From: an uncultured bacterium
GTDB taxonomy: Bacteria > Lernaellota > Lernaellaia > Lernaellales > Lernaellaceae
Assembly: GCA_964534375.1 (NCBI GenBank)
Contig: CAZHPN010000089.1
Span: 1-22,724, forward strand
DNA: 22,724 nt
Direction of reading: 5' to 3'
Shown piece by piece: positions 18,223 through 22,724 of this stretch. Within the stretch, counting starts at the first letter, position 1. Each line of letters starts with the position of its first letter. A program made the translations under genes and the position numbers. The notes below the pieces were generated by a model. That model saw only the letters and a program-made list of their open reading frames with translations. It was not told the DNA's origin and ran no database searches.

Positions 18223-20295
18223 ATGGCGCGCACGATTCGCACGACATTTATGGCCGATGCCGACCCGCACCAACTCGGCCTGCAACTCGCGGGCGTTCAA
18301 CAACGCGGCGTCAAGTCGGGCTGTGCGCTGTCGGCGGCCCCGTCGCCATTTTCAACGCCGACGCCGGCAGTACAGATCGGCGCGGGCGAATTTTGGACCG
18401 TTGACGGAATGCAGGTTCAAGAAGACGGTTTGGGCTCGAACGTCGCAACCCCAGCCGATCCCGCCGACCCGACGAATCCGCGCGTTGACGTGGTTTGCGC
18501 CGATTTTTGGTATGTCGATTCGCCGGAAAAGCTTCCGTTTTATGAAATCCTCGAAGGCACGCCGGCCGAGAATCCAATTCCGACCGACACGACGGGCAAC
18601 AACCAGATTGTCATCGGCTACGCGCTGCTGCCGGCGAACGCCGTGGTCTACTCGGCGTTCTATCCGGCCCCGATGGAATGGCGGTACAACTGCCTACTCC
18701 GCGACGGCCAAGAGCAGGTTATCAACGGCGCGTTCGCAGCGGCGAAGCTGGTTTTTTGCCGGAAAACCTTGCCCTTCGCGCCGCTCGGCAATCCGTTGGT
18801 CGGCGGCGGCGGGGGCTGTCTCGCCGGCTGGAATCTGTTTTATCTCCCGCCCGGCACGCTCGCCGACGGGGCCGCGATCAATACGAACGCTCCCTCGAGC
18901 CCGGGCGCTGGCAACGGCGGCTGGGGGCTGCCGGCGGCGTTTTTCAATCAACTCGGACTCGGACAAGCGACGACGCTGCAAGCGATCGTTTCCGGGCTCG
19001 TGACGCAAATCACGGCCGCGTCGGGAAGTTTCAACCCGCTGACCGATGCAACATCGCTCGCCGACCGGCTCGCCGTGACGATGGCGGCGAACGGGCAAAC
19101 CCTGGTCAACCATGCCGATCTTTTCGACGTTGACAGTTACACGGGCCTTTTGGGCGCGGCAAAGCGGGCGCCGGATGCCGATCGCGGTTTGTTTTTCACA
19201 GACCTTCTCGGCAACGTCGCGCCGACCTTGAACCTGCCCGGCATGAACGCGCCCGGCGCGCTGCTGCCCGGCGCGCAACTTCACTCGCCGTCGCTCGCGA
19301 AGGGCCTCACGGGCTACAGCGGCTCCTTGCCCTTCCAAATCAACTCTCAAATGAGCGGTTCGACGCCGCAGTTCCGCGCGCTGGGCGGCCCGTGGATTTC
19401 AATCGTTCGCGAGCCCGCGTCCGTGACGTTCCGCGAGTTCATCCTGTCGTCGGCCGACAATCTGGTCCGCATCGGCCTGACAATCAATTTCGTGACCTTC
19501 GCGCCGCAGCCGGGCGAGCCCGCGACCGACTATCCGTTCGGCTTCACCGTGGCGCGCTTCGGCGGCGCCGTGCTGTCGCACGATGCCCGGCACCTGAGCT
19601 ATGACGACCTCGACGACGGGACGATCTTCGGCGTGTGCGGCGCTCTTTGGCAATTCGTCGCGCGACGGCAAATCACCGACGACATTTCGATGTGGCAAGG
19701 CACGACGACCCCGCGCACGCCGGCGAATTACAACGTCAACCCGCTGGCGATCCCGACGGATACGACGTTGGCGGTCAACTCCAGCGGGCAAATCGGCGCG
19801 AAGCCGAGCAGCCGGCCAATGATGGCGCTGGCGTTATCGAACCAAGTTGTGATTGACAACACCGGACTCGTCACGGTGCTCCCCTGGAACGACCTGAGCG
19901 AGTTTCCGGCGCAAGGCAGCCTGTTCACCGTCGTCGGGGGATCAAGCCCGAACGGGCAGATTCAGGTCAATAAAGCGTGCAAGGTCCGTATTTCCGGACT
20001 CGTGACGTTCCAGACGACCTACTCCGGCACGCCGCCCGCGGATGACAACGTGGAATTATCCGTGCAACAATCGTCGGGAATGCAGCGGAATTGCGGGCAG
20101 AAATTCGTCAACGTCGGCGCGAAACAGTTTGAGCCAATTCAAATTCCAGGGATCGTCCTCAATCTCGCAGCGGGAGAAACTTTTTCGATCAATTGTATTT
20201 ACAACCGCGGCGGGTCGGATGGCGCCGTTTCGCTCGTCGGCGGGACCGAATACTATCAGGTCGTGTACTGCATCATCGAAGAATGCGACTACTGA
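18223..20295 (+). CDS. Putative virion tail/receptor-binding protein (690 aa)
   Basis: N-terminal GVKSGCALS...VQIGAG...ADPTNPRVDVV...ILEGTPAENP resembles phage minor tail proteins; G/P/T-rich body; C-terminal ~160 aa is beta-rich and C1q/TNF-like (GQIQVNKACKVRISGLVTF...LNLAAGETFSI). Confidence 0.6.
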   Translation: MARTIRTTFMADADPHQLGLQLAGVQQRGVKSGCALSAAPSPFSTPTPAVQIGAGEFWTVDGMQVQEDGLGSNVATPADPADPTNPRVDVVCADFWYVDSPEKLPFYEILEGTPAENPIPTDTTGNNQIVIGYALLPANAVVYSAFYPAPMEWRYNCLLRDGQEQVINGAFAAAKLVFCRKTLPFAPLGNPLVGGGGGCLAGWNLFYLPPGTLADGAAINTNAPSSPGAGNGGWGLPAAFFNQLGLGQATTLQAIVSGLVTQITAASGSFNPLTDATSLADRLAVTMAANGQTLVNHADLFDVDSYTGLLGAAKRAPDADRGLFFTDLLGNVAPTLNLPGMNAPGALLPGAQLHSPSLAKGLTGYSGSLPFQINSQMSGSTPQFRALGGPWISIVREPASVTFREFILSSADNLVRIGLTINFVTFAPQPGEPATDYPFGFTVARFGGAVLSHDARHLSYDDLDDGTIFGVCGALWQFVARRQITDDISMWQGTTTPRTPANYNVNPLAIPTDTTLAVNSSGQIGAKPSSRPMMALALSNQVVIDNTGLVTVLPWNDLSEFPAQGSLFTVVGGSSPNGQIQVNKACKVRISGLVTFQTTYSGTPPADDNVELSVQQSSGMQRNCGQKFVNVGAKQFEPIQIPGIVLNLAAGETFSINCIYNRGGSDGAVSLVGGTEYYQVVYCIIEECDY

Positions 20296-20681
20296 GGCAT
20301 CTCGCAAGCGTTCACGCACGTCGCCATGGCCGTACAGTTTTCGCGGTATTCGATAATGCAATTCGCGATGCAACCGCCAAGACCGAGACCATCAGCGCCG
20401 CCCTGACACGCCGCTTGCGCGCCATTTTCATCAAGTGGCGTACCGACGGCGTTTCTGAATTCTAGCTCGCACGTCCCGCAGGCGATCCCGTAAAGTTCCG
20501 AGCAATTCCACCCGCCCTCCGTGTCATCATCGGCGGCCGGGCTGGCGTCGTCATCGGCCGGCGAGGCGTCATCGTCAACCGGCACGTAGACGGTTTTGGT
20601 TTTCGTCGGCGAGGCGCAAGCGAACGCGATGAAAGCAGCGGCGAGGGCCAAGGCCAACGTCGCGAAAAATGTCTGCTTCAT
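20289..20681 (-). CDS. Small Cys-rich lipoprotein with DDDASPA linker
   Basis: Start reassigned to ATG 20681 (AAGGGG RBS): MKQTFFATLALALAAAFIAFAC, DDDASPADDDASPAADDD, then a Cys-rich domain. Confidence 0.8.
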   Translation of the reverse strand: MKQTFFATLALALAAAFIAFACASPTKTKTVYVPVDDDASPADDDASPAADDDTEGGWNCSELYGIACGTCELEFRNAVGTPLDENGAQAACQGGADGLGLGGCIANCIIEYRENCTAMATCVNACEMPQ

Positions 20682-20891
20682 GGCCAACCCCTTTTTGGAA
20701 AGATGCGCTTGCGAGACACTCATAGCGCAATCCGGTTTGAGCGTCAATTATGATTTTGAACTCGCCAACCACGCCAGGATGCCCTAGAATCGCGCCGCAG
20801 GGCGGGCGTTTATGCGTCCGCCCTGTGGCCGATCGCGCCTGGGGCGCTGGCCTGGCGCTGAAATCGGGCAGGAATTGAGGCAAGCCGGGTT

Positions 20892-21371
20892 TTACGGCCG
20901 GCAAGGCGAAAATACCTTCCATTCTTTGCCGCCGCCAATGTCGAACGCGCCGACTTCGCGGTATCCGTCGGGGCAGACCGACGGCCCGCAAAGCGTATTG
21001 CTCGGCAGCACGCGCGACGCGCGGGCCTCAACATCGCCAACGAGGGTCACGCCCAGCTTGTTCGGCATCGAATCGAGATGTTCGATCGCCTGATGCAACC
21101 GATGCTTCGCTCTCAGCACGGCGGATTCCGCCGCCAGCAAAGCGGCCGCGGCGCCGGGCGCGACCGACCGCGCCTCGCGAAGAAAGTCCAGAATTTCGAT
21201 CAGTTCACCTTCCGCGCCGGCCAATTCGCCGTCGATGCGGGCGCCGGTGTCCGCGATCGCCGCCAAGTCGGCCGCGAGCGCCGGCGCCGCCGCGTCGATC
21301 AACTTGCGGATCTGTTCGAGAGTCAGGAACCCCGGCCAACCTTTACGCGAATCTGCTTTGTGTGGGGACAT
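20892..21371 (-). CDS. Hypothetical protein starting with a tyrosine-recombinase box-I-like fragment
   Basis: AAGGAG RBS; PGFLTLEQIRKLIDAA...AIADTGARIDGEL; no HxxR, LGH or catalytic Tyr motif. Confidence 0.65.
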   Translation of the reverse strand: MSPHKADSRKGWPGFLTLEQIRKLIDAAAPALAADLAAIADTGARIDGELAGAEGELIEILDFLREARSVAPGAAAALLAAESAVLRAKHRLHQAIEHLDSMPNKLGVTLVGDVEARASRVLPSNTLCGPSVCPDGYREVGAFDIGGGKEWKVFSPCRP

Positions 21372-21400
21372 AGGAACTCCTTGTGTTTAAGCAAAGAAAA

Positions 21401-21462
21401 GTGCGAGAGCGCTTCCGGACACAAGGACCGGCGGGGGCCTCACGGCTTCCCAACTCTCGCAC
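21401..21462 (-). ncRNA. C4/CI-like antisense RNA (phage P1/P4 immunity type)
   Basis: Closing stem GUGCGAGAGU/GCUCUCGCAC, GCC-GUGA-GGC GNRA hairpin, CCGG-UCCUUGUGU-CCGG hairpin, AAGC junction; complementary targets upstream and downstream. Confidence 0.72.
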
Positions 21463-21529
21463 AGCCTGATTTCTCGTTCGAAGATCGCCATTTGTCGTCA
21501 TGGCCACGCCCTGTGTTATAAGCGATGCA

Positions 21530-21559
21530 ACCATGCCACAAACGGCGGGGGCGTGTCAA
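21530..21559 (-). promoter_or_regulatory. Putative promoter of the antisense-RNA operon
   Basis: On the minus strand TTGACA-N18-CATGGT with a TG extension; the -10 is weak. Confidence 0.45.
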
Positions 21560-21733
21560 CGGCAAAAAGCTAACGATGGTGCGGCGACGGTCGCCGCACC
21601 TGTGGCCGGCGCTTCTGTTTTCGCCACCGTGGCGAAATCTGTGGCGTTGGTGGCGAAACGGGCGCGCCACCATCGGGCCGCCGCTCCCGAGCCGCGACGG
21701 TCGCGCCTCGGGAATATCCTGACGCGCCCGGCG

Positions 21734-21962
21734 CGTTTAGATAAACGGCGTCATAGGTGCCGCAACGGTTGCGCCACCCGCGGGGCGCCGAGCCCCGAAC
21801 GGCGCCGGGCGCCGTTCGGGAAACGCCTGTGCGAACAAAGCGACACCGTGGCGTTTAGATAAGCGGCGTCATAGGTGCGGCCACGGTGTCCGCACCCGAA
21901 CAAACCGAACAAAACGAGCAAACGGCGCCCGGCGCCTTTAGAGAAACGGCGTCATAGGTTGC
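21734..21962 (-). repeat. Three direct 28-bp dif-like repeats
   Basis: Minus strand: GGCACCTATGA-CGCCGT-TTATCTAAACG (21734-21761), CGCACCTATGA-CGCCGC-TTATCTAAACG (21852-21879), GCAACCTATGA-CGCCGT-TTCTCTAAAGG (21935-21962). The repeat is certain; the dif identity is inferred. Confidence 0.75.
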
Positions 21963-22088
21963 CGACACCCTGAGTATTCAAAAAGTATCACATAATGCGT
22001 AAAAGTCGGCATGGACGGACACAGGTTGACAACCTACAAAATCTATAATAAACAAGTAGATATGACCTGGACAAAGACTAATCCTAGT

Positions 22089-22100
22089 GAAAGTGTCAAG
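22089..22100 (+). repeat. Putative attR core GAAAGTGTCAAG
   Basis: Identical to 11866-11877; marks the end of the AT-rich element terminus. Confidence 0.6.
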
Positions 22101-22117
22101 TTGTTGCGGTGGGCCAA

Positions 22118-22159
22118 CGGGATTCGGGATTCGGGATTCGGGGTTCGGGACGCGGGAAG
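22118..22159. repeat. 7-bp tandem repeat (CGGGATT x3 plus 3 degenerate copies)
   Basis: cgggatt cgggatt cgggatt cggggtt cgggacg cgggaag. Confidence 0.8.
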
Positions 22160-22398
22160 AAGGAAAAAGGAAAAAGGAGCCGGGCCGCGTCGGTTAGTTG
22201 CTGGTTGCGCGAACATCGGGCTCGTAGCTCTCCCATGTTTCGCGTTTTCTCCACGATTCCCATGCCTTCCACGCTTCAATGAGCCGCGGCGCGCGGCGGC
22301 GCGCCGGAAACCCGGCGCCACAGCTCGCTCGAGGCGTCGCCGGCCGGCCGCGGCGGCTGTCTCGTTTTTTGGTGAACTTGGTGAAAGTTGGAAAACGT

Positions 22399-22427
22399 TT
22401 GACAATGCCATCCAGCCGCGGGATCAT
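22399..22427 (+). promoter_or_regulatory. Putative sigma70 promoter
   Basis: TTGACA-N17-GATCAT, about 48 bp upstream of ATG 22475. Confidence 0.5.
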
Positions 22428-22474
22428 CGGGTGCAAGAGAGAGAACGAAGTGCGAACCCCTTGGGAGATGGGCG

Positions 22475-22724
22475 ATGAAATGGACTCTGCTCTGCCTGCT
22501 GGCGCTTTTGGCGGCGCTGGCGATCGCCTGCTCGCCGCCTGATCGAACGAACCACCAAATTCTTCACGACGACGTTTCGCCAGGCGGCGGCGATGATGAC
22601 GATTTCAGTCCAACGGTAGACGACGACTCGTCGCCGGCGGACGATGACGACAACGATGACGACGACAACGACGACTCGTCGCCGGCGGCCGATGACGACG
22701 ACAATGACGACTCGTCGCCGGCGG
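22475..22724 (+). CDS. Host lipoprotein with Asp-rich low-complexity linker (3' partial)
   Basis: Translated by hand: GGGAG RBS, MKWTLLCLLALLAALAIAC-SPPDRTNHQ...DDDSSPADDDDNDDDDNDDSSPAADDDDNDDSSPA, open to the window edge. Confidence 0.85.
   Translation, partial: MKWTLLCLLALLAALAIACSPPDRTNHQILHDDVSPGGGDDDDFSPTVDDDSSPADDDDNDDDDNDDSSPAADDDDNDDSSPA

Larger units (their letters stand above)
11866..22100 (+). mobile_element. Integrated phage-satellite-like element (~10.2 kb)
   Basis: Tyrosine integrase and excisionase at the left end, rep/ori, terS-like and tail-like genes, flanking 12-bp direct repeats, host-type genes on both sides. Confidence 0.8.

Noticed and set aside
18223..20295. Diversity-generating retroelement or shufflon acting on the tail-like gene
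   Set aside because: No reverse transcriptase, no template/variable repeat pair and no alternative C-terminal cassettes seen.
21734..21962. CRISPR mini-array interpretation of the three 28-bp repeats
   Set aside because: Spacers are 90 and 55 bp, unequal and full of palindromes and internal repeats; no cas genes in the window; the 11-6-11 layout fits a recombinase site better.
22026..22049. Perfect TTGACA and TATAAT hexamers near the right end
   Set aside because: Spacer is only 12 bp, too short for a sigma70 promoter as written.

Overview
High-GC bacterial chromosomal window, probably from a diderm anaerobe (deltaproteobacteria-like; its lipoproteins carry Asp-rich 'DDD-SPA-DDD' linkers). 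The left ~11.8 kb is ordinary minus-strand host genes: a partial beta-propeller-repeat lipoprotein, class I fructose-bisphosphate aldolase, an OmpA/Pal-type lipoprotein, an XRE-cupin regulator heading a 2-oxoacid:acceptor oxidoreductase operon (gamma, delta/GltD-like fusion, alpha, beta), and two outer-membrane barrel proteins. From 11866 to 22100 a ~10.2 kb integrated element lies between 12-bp direct repeats (GAAAGTGTCAAG) that contain the -35 box of the host porin promoter. It encodes an intact tyrosine integrase, an excisionase, a possibly degenerate primase-like protein, a wHTH initiator with internal iterons, a frameshifted Top6A/Toprim-like gene, a terminase-small-subunit-like protein, one large tail/receptor-binding-like protein and a host-style lipoprotein. 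No capsid, portal, large terminase, lysis or protein repressor gene is recognisable. Its right end holds a P1-C4/P4-CI-like antisense RNA with two bipartite targets, one overlapping the RBS of an ORF that begins with a tyrosine-recombinase fragment, followed by three tandem dif-like 28-bp sites. The best reading is an unusual phage satellite that carries its own tail/adhesin protein, but this is inference and no database search was run. The window ends in another host Asp-rich lipoprotein.
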